In this document: positions 26,336 through 39,809 of the stretch, in pieces | Numbering within the stretch: the first letter of the stretch is position 1 | Layout: every line of letters begins with the position of its first letter | Origin: Eledone cirrhosa | Lineage: Eukaryota | Assembly: GCA_964016885.1 (NCBI GenBank) | Contig: OZ024764.1 | Location: 16,492,001 to 16,556,000 of the forward strand | DNA: 64,000 nucleotides | Direction: 5' to 3' | Notes under the pieces: model-generated | Told to the model about the DNA's origin: nothing | What the model saw: the letters and a program-made list of their open reading frames with translations, nothing else | Databases searched by the model: none | Made by a program: the position numbers and the translations under genes

Positions 26336-29300
26336 TTAGGTGGTATATCTCAGCTGTACCTCTCAGACACTACACCCCAGTCTAGGTGGTATAACTCAGC
26401 TGTACCTCTCAGACACTACACCCCAGTCTAGGTGGTATATCTCAACTGTACCTCTCAGACACAGGACAGACTCTACACCCCAGTCTAGGTGGTATAACTC
26501 AGCTGTACTTCTCAGACTCTACACCCCAGTCTAGGTGGTATACCTCAACTGTACCTCTCAGACACTACACCCCAGTCTAGGTGGTATACCTCAGCTGTAC
26601 CTCTCATACACAGGACAGACTCTACACCCCAGTCTAGGTGGTATATCTCAGCTGTACCTCTCAGACACTACACCCCAGTCTAGGTGGTATATCTCAGCTG
26701 TACCTCTCAGACTCTACACCCCAGTCTAGGTGGTATATCTCAGCTGTACCTCTCAGACACTACACCCCAGTCTAGGTGGTATAGCTCAGCTGTACCTCTC
26801 AGACTCTACACCCCAGTCTAGGTGGTATATCTCAGCTGTACCTCTCAGACTCTACACCCCAGTCTATGTGGTATATCTCAGCTGTACCTCTCAGACTCTA
26901 CACCCCAGTCTAGGTGGTATAACTCAGCTGTACCTCTCAGACACTACACCCCAGTCTAGGTGGTATATCTCAGCTGTACCTCTCAGACTCTACACCCCAG
27001 TCTAGGTGGCATACCTCAACTGTACCTCTCAGACACTACACCCCAGTCTAGGTGGTATGCCTCAGCTGTACCTCTCAGACACTACACCCCAGTCTAGGTG
27101 GTATACCTCAACTGTACCTCTCAGACACTACACCCCAGTCTAGGTGGTATAACTCAGCTGTACCTCTCAGACACTACACCCCAGTCTAGGTGGTATACCT
27201 CAACTGTACCTCTCAGACACTACACCCCAGTCTAGGTGGTATAACTCAGCTGTACCTCTCAGACACTACACCCCAGTCTAGGTGGTATAACTCAGCTGTA
27301 CCTCTCAGACACTACACCCCAGTCTAGGTGGTATAACTCAGCTGTACCTCTCAGACACTACACCCCAGTCTAGGTGGTATAACTCAGCTGTACCTCTCAG
27401 ACACTACACCCCAGTCTAGGTGGTATAACTCAGCTGTACCTCTCAGACACTACACCCCAGTCTAGGTGGTATAACTCAACTGTACCTCTCAGACTCTACA
27501 CCCCAGTCTAGGTGGTATAACTCAGCTGTACCTCTCAGACACTACACCCCAGTCTAGGTGGTATAACTCAGCTGTACCTCTCAGACACTACACCCCAGTC
27601 TAGGTGGTATAACTCAACTGTACCTCTCAAACTCTACACCCCAGTCTAGGTGGTATAACTCAGCTGTACCTCTCAGACACTACACCCCAGTCTAGGTGGT
27701 ATAACTCAGCTGTACCTCTCAGACACTACACCCCAGTCTAGGTGGTATAACTCAACTGTACCTCTCAGACTCTACACCCCAGTCTAGGTGGTATATCTCA
27801 GCTGTACCTCTCAGACACAGGACAGACTCTACACCCCAGTCTAGGTGGTATAACTCAGCTGTACTTCTCAGACTCTACACCCCAGTCTAGGTGGTATACC
27901 TCAACTGTACCTCTCAGACACTACACCCCAGTCTAGGTGGTATATCTCAGCTGTACCTCTCAGACACTACACCCCAGTCTAGGTGGTATATCTCAGCTGT
28001 ACCTCTCAGACACTACACCCCAGTCTAGGTGGTATATCTCAGCTGTACTTCTCAGACACTACACCCCAGTCTAGGTGGTATATCTCAGCTGTACCGCTCA
28101 GACACTACACCCCAGTCTAGGTGGTATATCTCAGCTGTACTTCTCAGACACTACACCCCAGTCTAGGTGGCATATCTCAGCTGTACCTCTCAGACTCTAC
28201 ATCCCAGTCTAGGTGGTATAACTCAACTGTACCTCTCAGACTCTACACCCCAGTCTAGGTGGTATAACTCAACTGTACCTCTCAGACTCTACACCCCAGT
28301 CTAGGTGGTATATCTCAACTGTACCTCTCAGACACTACACCCCAGTCTAGGTGGTATATCTCAGCTGTACCTCTCAGACACTACACCCCAGTCTAGGTGG
28401 TATAACTCAACTGTACCTCTCAGACTCTACACCCCAGTCTAGGTGGTATAACTCAACTGTACCTCTCCGACTCTACACCCCAGTCTAGGTGGTATAACTC
28501 AGCTGTACCTCTCAGACACTACACCCCAGTCTAGGTGGTATAACTCAACTGTACCTCTCAGACTCTACACCCCAGTCTAGGTGGTATATCTCAGCTGTAC
28601 CTCTCAGACACTACACCCCAGTCTAGGTGGTATAACTCAGCTGTACCTCTCAGACTCTACACCCCAGTCTAGGTGGTATATCTCAGCTGTACCTCTCAGA
28701 CACTACACCCCAGTCTAGGTGGTATAACTCAGCTGTACCTCTCAGACTCTACACCCCAGTCTAGGTGGTATATCTCAGCTGTACCTCTCAGACTCTACAC
28801 CCCAGTCTAGGTGGTATATCTCAGCTGTACCTCTCAGACTCTACACCCCAGTCTAGGTGGTATATCTCAGCTGTACCTCTCAGACTCTACACCCCAGTCT
28901 AGGTGGTATATCTCAGCTGTACCTCTCAGACTCTACATCCCAGTCTAGGTGGTATAACTCAACTGTACCTCTCAGACACTACACCCCAGTCTAGGTGGTA
29001 TAACTCAACTGTACCTCTCAGACTCTACACCCCAGTCTAGGTGGTATATCTCAGCTGTACCTCTCAGACTCTACACCCCAGTCTAGGTGGCATACCTCAA
29101 CTGTACCTCTCAGACACTACACCCCAGTCTAGGTGGTATGCCTCAGCTGTACCTCTCAGACACTACACCCCAGTCTAGGTGGTATACCTCAACTGTACCT
29201 CTCAGACACTACACCCCAGTCTAGGTGGTATAACTCAGCTGTACCTCTCAGACACTACACCCCAGTCTAGGTGGTATACCTCAACTGTACCTCTCAGACA

Positions 29301-31512
29301 CTACACCCCAGTCTAGGTGGTATAACTCAGCTGTACCTCTCAGACACTACACCCCAGTCTAGGTGGTATAACTCAGCTGTACCTCTCAGACACTACACCC
29401 CAGTCTAGGTGGTATAACTCAGCTGTACCTCTCAGACACTACACCCCAGTCTAGGTGGTATAACTCAGCTGTACCTCTCAGACACTACACCCCAGTCTAG
29501 GTGGTATAACTCAGCTGTACCTCTCAGACACTACACCCCAGTCTAGGTGGTATAACTCAACTGTACCTCTCAGACTCTACACCCCAGTCTAGGTGGTATA
29601 ACTCAGCTGTACCTCTCAGACACTACACCCCAGTCTAGGTGGTATAACTCAGCTGTACCTCTCAGACACTACACCCCAGTCTAGGTGGTATAACTCAACT
29701 GTACCTCTCAGACTCTACACCCCAGTCTAGGTGGTATAACTCAGCTGTACCTCTCAGACACTACACCCCAGTCTAGGTGGTATAACTCAGCTGTACCTCT
29801 CAGACACTACACCCCAGTCTAGGTGGTATAACTCAGCTGTACCTCTCAGACACTACACCCCAGTCTAGGTGGTATAACTCAACTGTACCTCTCAGACTCT
29901 ACACCCCAGTCTAGGTGGTATATCTCAGCTGTACCTCTCAGACACAGGACAGACTCTACACCCCAGTCTAGGTGGTATAACTCAGCTGTACTTCTCAGAC
30001 TCTACACCCCAGTCTAGGTGGTATACCTCAACTGTACCTCTCAGACACTACACCCCAGTCTAGGTGGTATATCTCAGCTGTACCTCTCAGACACTACACC
30101 CCAGTCTAGGTGGTATATCTCAGCTGTACCTCTCAGACACTACACCCCAGTCTAGGTGGTATATCTCAGCTGTACTTCTCAGACACTACACCCCAGTCTA
30201 GGTGGTATATCTCAGCTGTACCGCTCAGACACTACACCCCAGTCTAGGTGGTATATCTCAGCTGTACTTCTCAGACACTACACCCCAGTCTAGGTGGCAT
30301 ATCTCAGCTGTACCTCTCAGACTCTACATCCCAGTCTAGGTGGTATAACTCAACTGTACCTCTCAGACTCTACACCCCAGTCTAGGTGGTATAACTCAAC
30401 TGTACCTCTCAGACTCTACACCCCAGTCTAGGTGGTATATCTCAACTGTACCTCTCAGACACTACACCCCAGTCTAGGTGGTATATCTCAGCTGTACCTC
30501 TCAGACACTACACCCCAGTCTAGGTGGTATAACTCAACTGTACCTCTCAGACTCTACACCCCAGTCTAGGTGGTATAACTCAACTGTACCTCTCAGACTC
30601 TACACCCCAGTCTAGGTGGTATAACTCAGCTGTACCTCTCAGACACTACACCCCAGTCTAGGTGGTATAACTCAACTGTACCTCTCAGACTCTACACCCC
30701 AGTCTAGGTGGTATATCTCAGCTGTACCTCTCAGACACTACACCCCAGTCTAGGTGGTATAACTCAGCTGTACCTCTCAGACTCTACACCCCAGTCTAGG
30801 TGGTATATCTCAGCTGTACCTCTCAGACACTACACCCCAGTCTAGGTGGTATAACTCAGCTGTACCTCTCAGACTCTACACCCCAGTCTAGGTGGTATAT
30901 CTCAGCTGTACCTCTCAGGCTCTACACCCCAGTCTAGGTGGTATATCTCAGCTGTACCTCTCAGACTCTACACCCCAGTCTAGGTGGTATATCTCAGCTG
31001 TACCTCTCAGACTCTACACCCCAGTCTAGGTGGTATATCTCAGCTGTACCTCTCAGACTCTACATCCCAGTCTAGGTGGTATAACTCAACTGTACCTCTC
31101 AGACACTACACCCCAGTCTAGGTGGTATAACTCAACTGTACCTCTCAGACTCTACACCCCAGTCTAGGTGGTATATCTCAGCTGTACCTCTCAGACACTA
31201 CACCCCAGTCTAGGTGGTATAACTCAGCTGTACCTCTCAGACACTACACCCCAGTCTAGGTGGTATATCTCAGCTGTACCTCTCAGACACTACACCCCAG
31301 TCTAGGTGGTATATCTCAGCTGTACCTCTCAGACACTACACCCCAGTCTAGGTGGTATACCTCAGCTGTACCTCACAGACACTACACCCCAGTCTAGGTG
31401 GTATACCTCAGCTGTACCTCACAGACACTACACCCCAGTCTAGGTGGTATACCTCAGCTGTACCTCTCAGACACTACACCCCAGTCTAGGTGGTATACCT
31501 CAGCTGTACCTC
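26336..31512. repeat. 46-bp satellite, about 110 copies, with a ~2.1 kb higher-order duplication
   Basis: Unit GGTGGTATATCTCAGCTGTACCTCTCAGACACTACACCCCAGTCTA. Confidence 0.97.
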
Positions 31513-32043
31513 ACATCTTGCTTGGGGTCTACCCCTGTGTCTCCTGCTGGTTGGTTTTACCTGTAATATCTGTCCAGCAATTCTTTCCTCAGACATTCTA
31601 ACCACATGTCTGTAGTATCAGAGCTGTGATCTCTCAATCCAGAGATTCTACCCATGACCATCACCACCTCTACCATCATCACCACTATAATCATCATCAT
31701 TGCCATAACCATTACAACCACTACCACGATAATCATCATCACCCTAACCACTAATACAACCACCACTATCACCAAAAGCATCATCACCATCATCATCAGA
31801 ATCACGACAACCGTCGCCATAACAACTACCACCGCCATAACTGTCACCACATCCACCACCAGCACCACCATCACCCTCACCACCATCGTCATCATCACCA
31901 TCATCACCCACACACCCCTCACACTCCCATATCCACCACCCTCACCACCACCACCCTCACCACCACCCTCACCACCATCATCATCATTGTCATCAGTAGT
32001 AACCTATCTATCACCCCTATCATGTCTCTATGTGTGTTTACAG

Positions 32044-32198
32044 GAATTCCTAAAGAGAAGCTGGACAAACTCAATGCTGACTTCCATTCCAACGACAGAC
32101 TAGTCTTCACACAGGGAGTTTGTAACCATATCAATATAAATGAGGTCTCCCGGTGTCCTCGGAGCTTACTCGATGTCAATCATATCTTTAACGTTAAG
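32044..32198 (+). CDS. BLMH: Bleomycin hydrolase, first identified coding exon
   Basis: tttacag|GA ATT CCT ... GTT AAG|gt. Peptide GIPKEKLDKL...NHIFNVK corresponds to the BLMH N-terminus. Confidence 0.85.
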
Positions 32199-32239
32199 GT
32201 ATTGTCCTCATCATCGTTTTTATGTCCCTTTTTTTCCAC

Positions 32240-32505
32240 ACTCAGTACACTCTGTAAAGTGGTAGTGTTGGTGTCATGATAGAATACACCCTGTACACTC
32301 TGTAAAGGGGTAGTGTTGGTGTCATGATAGAATACACCCTGTACACTCTGTAAAGGGGTAGTGTTGGTGTCATGATAGAATACACCCTGTACACTCTGTA
32401 AAGGGGTAGTGTTGATGTCATGATAGAATACACCCTGTACACTCTGTAAAGTGGTAGTGTTGGTGTCATGATAAAATGCACCCAGTACACTCTGTAAAGT
32501 GGTAA
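32240..32505. repeat. 48-bp minisatellite
   Basis: TACACTCTGTAAAG recurs every 48 bp. Confidence 0.9.
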
Positions 32506-32555
32506 TGCTCTCCTCTCCCCCCACATACATCTGTTGTGTCTTTTCTCCATGACAG

Positions 32556-32705
32556 GTTGAAGAAGCGAAGCCAATAACACACCAGAGGGCTTCAGGCCGA
32601 TGCTGGATATTTGCAGCCCTCAACCAGCTCCGAATACCTTTTATTGAGAAGCATGAACTGTCAGAGTTTGAATTCAGTCAAGCGTATCTGTTTTTCTGGG
32701 ATAAG
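32556..32705 (+). CDS. BLMH: Bleomycin hydrolase exon with the catalytic Cys
   Basis: ag|VEEAKPITHQRASGRCWIFAALN...FEFSQAYLFFWDK|gt; peptidase C1B motif. Confidence 0.97.
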
Positions 32706-33279
32706 GTTGGTGAATTTTTGGTTTTATTTGTTCTATACTATTCATGGCCTCAGTGCCAGAGGTTGTTCTCAAGCGCTACTGGTAATATGTGACCCAACAC
32801 CAGAGGCCTAGCTAGGGAAAATAGTGCACATGGCAAGCAGGGAAATTGCACTCCCTATCCAAACATAATTTATATAAATGGTTTAACCTTTTAACATTAC
32901 ATTACTCTATATATATTATTATAGTTTCTCACATAATATAGAGACGACAGCTGTATAAAAAAGTGCAGGGGGATCAAAATTGATGGAAGTTACGGAGTAG
33001 GTAGACCCAGTAAAACCTGTGATGATTTGATAAATTCAGACCTTACACACTTGCACCTCTCTAAGACAATGTCACTGGACTGAGATCTTTGGCGCTACAC
33101 AGTAATACAGAAGACCCGCCTTGCCTATGTACAAAGCGAAACCTACAGTCAGTAGGCACCTCGTACCAAATATACACACCCAACCCACTACACCTACTCC
33201 ATCATCCCACTCCCACCAACACCACCCTTTCCCTGTAAAGATATGTTGGTACCACAACATCCAGTCCGAAACAAATGAG

Positions 33280-33660
33280 GTTGTGTAGGTGTCACGACAA
33301 AAAACACACAGTCCACACTGTAATGTGGTCGTGTAGGTGTCACGACAAAAAACACACAGTCCACGCTGTAATGTGACCGTGTAGGTGTCACGACAAAAAA
33401 CACACAGTCCACGCTGTAATGTGGCCGTGTAGGTGTCACGACAAAAAACACACAGTCCACGCTGTAATGTGACCGTGTAGGTGTCACGACAAAAAACACA
33501 CAGTCCACGCTGTAATGTGGCCGTGTAGGTGTCACGACAAAAAACACACAGTCCACACTGTAATGTGGCCGTGTTGGTGTCACGACAAAAAACACACAGT
33601 CCACGCTGTAATGTGGCCGTGTAGGTAACACAGTAAAAACCTCCCAGTCCACACTGTAAA
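33280..33660. repeat. 48-bp minisatellite within a SINE-like element
   Basis: GTGTAGGTGTCACGACAAAAAACACACAGTCCACGCTGTAATGTGGCC, about 8 copies. Confidence 0.9.
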
Positions 33661-33819
33661 CGTGGTTGGTGTTAGGAAGGGCACCCAGCCGTAGAAAACC
33701 CGCCAGACAGTCCCATACCAGCAAGACAACCAATCTTGCCTCAAGTGGGACAACTCCCATCTAACCCATGCTAGCGTGTGTCTCATGTTCTCTCTCTCTC
33801 TCTTTCCTCCCACAAACAG

Positions 33820-34050
33820 CTCGAAAAATGTAACTTCCTTCTTGATGCGTTCATTGACTGCGCCCGCAATGGTCATACAGCTGGCAGTCGAGTAGTTGAC
33901 CATCTGCTGGTCACTGCCTCTGATGATGGTGGCCAGTGGGACATGCTGGTCAACTTGATCAAGAAATATGGTGTTGTTCCCAAGAACATCTACCCTGACA
34001 CTGTATCTTGTGAAGCTTCGAAATATTTGGTCTGTATCATCAGCCACAAG
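33820..34050 (+). CDS. BLMH: Bleomycin hydrolase exon
   Basis: ag|LEKCNFLL...DDGGQWDMLVNLIKKYGVVPK...ISHK|gtaagt; 231 nt. Confidence 0.97.
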
Positions 34051-34073
34051 GTAAGTTGGTTCAGTTATGTCTT

Positions 34074-34113
<40 letters not shown>

Positions 34114-34260
34114 ATTAAAATACTGGAGCGTGTTGGAGTTAAACACCCTCTTCGTATTATAGAAATGACAGTAAAAGGTATAGCTCAATGTAATTAAACA
34201 GAGCCGAAGAATTATGAAAGTAAAACAAAGAAGCCTTCAATACATCAAAAGTCTTTATTA

Positions 34261-34298
34261 GCCAACAATGTTTCGTCCTATTAAGGACTCATCAGGGC
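34261..34298 (-). ncRNA. Putative minimal type I hammerhead ribozyme
   Basis: Minus strand reads GCC-CTGATGA-GTCCT TAAT AGGAC-GAAA-CATTG-TT-GGC; perfect stem II. Confidence 0.7.
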
Positions 34299-34544
34299 AA
34301 TTAAAACAACAAGAAGTATTATCGGCCAATACAAGCCGAAAACTCCGAAGAATATGGAGTGTACATACACTAAAGTATTGCAAGATTATGGGTAAAAATA
34401 TATAATAAAAATCACTAAGGAGGTGTATAACATTTAGAACCATATTACAAATATAGTCCAAAGCAAAAAAAACCTAGAGCTAAACAAAGGTGGTTATATA
34501 GAGCAGGAATTATATATAATACTATATAATATAATACTATATAA

Positions 34545-34589
<45 letters not shown>

Positions 34590-34687
34590 AGAGATGTCAA
34601 CATGAATGGACCTGTTATTTTTCTCTAAAGACATTTTTCCCGATTCCATCCCGCCCGTCCCTTCAATCTTTCTAATTTCTCATTCTT

Positions 34688-34724
34688 TCATCTGATGAAG
34701 GACTAGCGTCTGAAACGTTAAGAC
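34688..34724 (+). ncRNA. Degenerate minimal hammerhead-like motif
   Basis: CTGATGA-AGGAC TAGC GTCT-GAAACGTT with an AACGTT palindrome; stem I is poor. Confidence 0.4.
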
Positions 34725-35023
34725 CCTCTTCCTGTTATTTTAACCGTTAACCTAATATATTCCTTCCATACACTGTACCAATTGTTATTTCTGTTTACCT
34801 TTTACATACAGGGTGAAAGCAGCGACTCTCTGCTTAAACTTTAATCTGTTATTTTAATGAATATATATATATGTGTATATATATATGTATGTAGAAGTTA
34901 TATTTAAATTGTTGGGATACAACAAGCAAATATTTTTATAACTGATATAAAGCACTCAACAAATTATTGGAGTAAAAATACAATATATTAACAAATGGAA
35001 ACTATATTTATAAAACCATATTT

Positions 35024-35086
35024 ATTTCATTATACATATTTCAAGGACACCAAAGCAAATTATGGTGCGCTTTCATCAGATAAAAT
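35024..35086 (-). ncRNA. Putative type I hammerhead ribozyme
   Basis: Minus strand reads ATTTTAT-CTGATGA-AAGCGCACCA TAATTTGCTT TGGTGTCCTT-GAAA-TATGTA-TA-ATGAAAT. Confidence 0.7.
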
Positions 35087-35255
35087 ATAATATAGATCAG
35101 TTTTATAAACAAATATTGACATACCCTTAAAGAATGCGACCATGTCGGTTGGAAGCTCCCGGATATACATGTATATATATGTATATATATAGATATAGGT
35201 ATATACACACACCCTGACATAATCTTCTAAGTATGTTGTTGTTTATTTGTTCCAG

Positions 35256-35348
35256 ATGAGAGAATACTGTAAAATCCTGCAGGATAGTGTTTTAAAGAGT
35301 GTCTCAGAGGCTGACATTAACACTTTGAAAGATGGGATGATTAAAGAG
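35256..35348 (+). CDS. BLMH: Bleomycin hydrolase exon
   Basis: ttccag|MREYCKIL...GMIKE|gtaaat; 93 nt. Confidence 0.93.
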
Positions 35349-35982
35349 GTAAATCACCACCACCACTACTACTACTACTACCATCACTATCACTACTACT
35401 ACTACCATCACCACCACTACTACCATCACCACTACTACTACCACCACCACTACCATCACCATCACCACTACCACTACTACCATCACCACTACTACTACCA
35501 TCACCATCACCACCACTACTACCATCACCATCACCACCACTACTACCATCACTATCACCACTACTACTACCATCACCACCACTACTACCATCACCATCAC
35601 CACCACTACTACCATCACTACCACCACCACTACTACCATCACCACTACTACTACCACTAACACTACAACCACGACCATCACCACAACAACCAGCACCACC
35701 ACCATCACCACCTCTACATTCTTATTTTTGTCACATCACCAGTCTCTCTCTCTCTCTCTAACTCTCACTCACCCCTCTCTCTAACTCTCACACTCTCTCC
35801 CTCTCTCACTTACCCCTCTCTCTCACTCACCCCTCTCTCTCACTCACCCCTCTCTCTAACTCTCACACTCTCTCCCTCTCTCACTCACCCCTCTCTCTCA
35901 CTCACCCCTCTCTCTAACTCTCACACTCTCTCCCTCTCTCACTCTCCCCTCTCTCTAACTCTCACCCCCTCTCTCTCCACAG

Positions 35983-36138
35983 TTGTACACCATATTGTCA
36001 ATTACGCTGGGTTCTCCACCCAAACATTTTGTTTGGGAATATTTCAACAAGGCGAAGGTGTACCAATCTCTCGGACCCATTACACCTGAAGACTTCTACG
36101 AGAAACACGTTAAGCCTGTCTTTGATGTCTCAGATATG
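35983..36138 (+). CDS. BLMH: Bleomycin hydrolase exon
   Basis: cag|LYTILSITLGSPPKHFVWEY...GPITPEDFYEKHVKPVFDVSDM|gtaaga. Confidence 0.96.
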
Positions 36139-36206
36139 GTAAGATAATCTTTTCTAAATGTCGCCAAGCTGAACAGTTAAGAGGTTAGCTTCACAATATT
36201 TGAAGT

Positions 36207-36510
36207 TTAACCCTTTAGCATTTACATTACTCTATATATACTATTGTATTGTCACAGTAAAGGCTTTACCTCACATAATATCTCACATAACATTTACATT
36301 ACTCTATATATACTATTGTATTGTCACAGTAAAGGCTTTACCTCACATAATACCTCACATACCATTTACATTACTCTATATATACTATTGTATTTTCACA
36401 GTAAAGGCTTTACCTCACATAATACCTCACATACCATTTACATTACTCTATATATACTATTGTATTTTCACAGTAAAGGCTTTATCTCATATAATATCTC
36501 ACATAATATA
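36207..36510 (+). mobile_element. Partial piggyBac-type MITE with about 4 x 72-bp units
   Basis: Left end TTAACCCTTTAGCATTTA followed by tandem units. Confidence 0.75.
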
Positions 36511-36533
36511 ACATCTGTTTTCTACCTGTGCAG

Positions 36534-36692
36534 GTGTGTTTGGTTAATGACCCCCGTCCGAGCAGTGTCTACCACAAGGCTTACACTGTGGAGTACCTAG
36601 GTAACATGTCCTCAGGGAAACAGGTCATATATATAAACCAACCAATTGAAAAACTGAAGCAGTTCGCACTCCAGCAACTACAGAGCAAGAAG
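36534..36692 (+). CDS. BLMH: Bleomycin hydrolase exon
   Basis: cag|VCLVNDPRP...YTVEYLGNM...NQPIEKLK...SKK|gt. Confidence 0.96.
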
Positions 36693-36779
36693 GTCTGTAT
36701 ACTGTTGTGTATGTGGAGGTCTGTTGTTGGTGTGGTGTGGTATGGTGTTGTATGTGGGGGGGGGGGGGCCTTTTTACTG

Positions 36780-37780
36780 TTCATCTCTTTGACTGAGCTG
36801 CAGTCCTGGGTCAAGAAGAGACCGAGACTGGGAGCCTGGCATCTGGAAGGTTGCCAGACACTCCCTGCCCTCTATAAAGTGTGCAATGCAGTCAGTGGAA
36901 CTTCCTCTCTCGAGTTCTGTAGAGGATTAGTGCAACAACGCTCTCGGAGAGATTCTAGGCGTCGACGCAAACGGACTAGCCAGTCTTTTCCGGAGGACTT
37001 TCGAGCCGGGGACTATGGACAGTTCCAGAAATCCCCCACTTGGCAGTACTACCAGGGTGCCCTGCCAGTTCGAGAGGCATGGAGGAACTGTCTGAGATGC
37101 GCGCAGAGGGTCTAAACCATTTTGCACACACTTGCCTGGAGCCTGTGTATTGCTGACTTATGGAGTTATGTCAAACAGCTGTTGTCACGTGTGGGACCAA
37201 ACTGGTTATTGACCGAGTCCATAGTGAATATCACCCCACTGCCTTCTTTTGGCCAGGAAGAGCAGGCAGTTTTCCTCTGTCTGATAGCTGTAATGAAAGA
37301 GGTTGTGTTGGGGACACGAAGACAGACACGTTCCTCTCCGGTCAAACCCTCGTCAGATTTTTCAAGTTCCACTTGGAAATGAAATGAAGATAAGGGCAGA
37401 GAGAGAAATGCTGACCCCCCCCTCCCCCCAAGAATATTTTTTAAAAGGTGGGTGATTGTTGGGGGGATGGCCCGTGTGAATGGGCCCACTCTAAACATGT
37501 ACCTGTAGGATGGTAAGATGGAGGGAGAGAGGGGTGTATCTAGGGTACTCTTGGAGATGAAGGTGGGTTGGGATTTGTGGGGTTCCTAATGTCACCCCTG
37601 GGTGGTATCTCTCCTCCCCCCATTGGGCAATTCTGTTGATATTTTTTTATTTTTTTACTTGATTGTATGTAAACCCTCCCCTGTCTTTGTAATGTCCCCT
37701 ATGTTCCCCCCTCTCCTATATTGTCCTATATTCGGCCCTTGTGGCCAATAATAAAGTAATTATTATTATTATTATTATTA
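36780..37780 (+). mobile_element. Tx1/L1-group LINE 3' fragment
   Basis: Degenerate zf-RVT-like region (WQYYQGALPVRE..CLRC...H...C.ADLW), then a 3' UTR and (TTA)n tail; homologous to 57530-57960. Confidence 0.7.
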
Positions 37781-37862
37781 TCATCAGTAATAATTTCATT
37801 TTCTCCTTTCATCCATTGGTGGTTAATTCTTGCAATGCTGTGAATGCTGTTGTGTTGTACAG

Positions 37863-37933
37863 AGTGTCTGGTTTGGCTGTGACCACGCACCCCAGACTCA
37901 GATAAAGGGTCTTGGTTGTCTGGATATGAGGTC
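37863..37933 (+). CDS. BLMH: Bleomycin hydrolase exon
   Basis: tacag|SVWFGCDHAPQTQIKGLGCLDMR-TC|gtaagt. Confidence 0.93.
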
Positions 37934-37949
37934 GTAAGTATCTTACACT

Positions 37950-38695
37950 GGACCACACTACATTACACTACACCACACTGCACCACACCACACTACACTA
38001 CACTACACCACACTGCACCACACCACACTACACTACACTATACTTCACTGCACCACACCACACCACACTACACTACACTACACTTCACTATACTTCACTA
38101 TACCACACTGCACCACACCACACCACACTACACTATACCACACTGCACCACACCACACTACACTACACTATACTTCACTACACTACACCACACTACACTA
38201 CACTACACTACACTTCACTATACTTCACTATACTACACTACACTTCACTATACTACACTATACTACACTGCACCACACCACACCACACTAAACTATACTA
38301 CACTACATCACACCACACTACACTACACTAAACTATACTACACTATACTACACTTCACCACACTTCACTACACTATACCACACCACATTACACTACACCA
38401 CACCACATTACACTATACTTCACTATACTACACTACACTATACTACACTACACTATACTACACTTCACCACACCACACCACACCACACTACACTACACTA
38501 CACTACACTACACCTCACCACACCACACCACACCACACCACACCACACCACACCACACCACACCACACCACACCACACCACACTACACCACACCACACCA
38601 CACTACACTACACTACACTATACTTCACTACAGTACACTACACTTCACCACACCACACTACACCACACTACACTACACTACACTACACCACATCA
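37950..38695. repeat. (CACTA/CACCA)n pentanucleotide field
   Basis: Direct reading. Confidence 0.95.
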
Positions 38696-39510
38696 CTTTC
38701 CAGTGTGGACTGGGTACTTTTTGTCGTAACACCCTCATAACCACTTTACAGTGTGGACTGGGTGCTTTTTGTTGTGACACCTACATGACCACTTTACAGT
38801 GTGGACTGGGTGTTGTTTGTCATGACACCTACATGACCACTTTACAGTGTGGACTGGATACTTTTTGTTGTGACACCTACATGACCACTTTACAGTGTGG
38901 ACTGGGTGTTGTTTGTTATGACACCTACATGACTACTTTGCAGTGTGGACTGGGTGCTTTTTGTTGTGACACCTACATGACCACTTTACAGTGTGGACTG
39001 GGTGCTGTTTGTTATGACACCTACATGACTACTTTACAGTGAGGACTGGGTACTTTTTGTCATGACACCTACATGACCACTTTACAGTGTGGACTGGGTG
39101 CTTTTTGTTGTGACACCTACATGACCACTTTACAGTGTGGACTGGGTGCTGTTTGTTGTGACACCTACATGACCACTTTACAGTGTGGACTGGGTGCTTT
39201 TTGTTGTGACACCTACATGACCACTTTACAGTGTGGACTGGGTGCTGTTTGTTGTGACACCTACATGACCACTTTACAGTGTGGACTGGGTGCTTTTTGT
39301 TGTGACACTTACATAACCACTTTACAGTGTGGACTGGGTGCTTTTTGTTGTGACACCTACATGACTACTTTACAGTGAGGACTGGGTACTTTTTGTCATG
39401 ACACCTACATGACTACTTTACAGTGTGGACTGGGTACTTTTTGTTGTGACACCTACATGACCACTTTACAGTGTGGACTGGGTGGTTTTTTTTCGTGAGA
39501 CCTACACAAA
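38695..39510. repeat. 48-bp minisatellite, about 17 copies
   Basis: ATGACCACTTTACAGTGTGGACTGGGTGCTTTTTGTTGTGACACCTAC. Confidence 0.93.
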
Positions 39511-39809
39511 TATATACCAACAATATCAATTAAGAAACTAGTATTTTGTACATGTATATAGAATGATAAAATTGTGAGAAGATAGAATTACTTTATGATG
39601 GTAAGTTTAAAGTTCTTAATTAGTTTCTTGAAAGGAAAAGATCATAAGGATCATTATCACTCAGCAGTAGCGCTTTCTTACAATCTACTACACAGTGTGC
39701 TTGATACTGTTCAGGCATGACTACAAGACAATACACATTTCATGATTGTTATCACTCATCAGTAGCGCTTTCTTACAATCTACTGCACAATATGTTTTAT
39801 ACTTTTCAG

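Noticed and set aside
26336-31512. CRISPR-like regular array
   Set aside because: Units are contiguous with no unique spacers, there are no cas genes, and the context is eukaryotic. It is a satellite.
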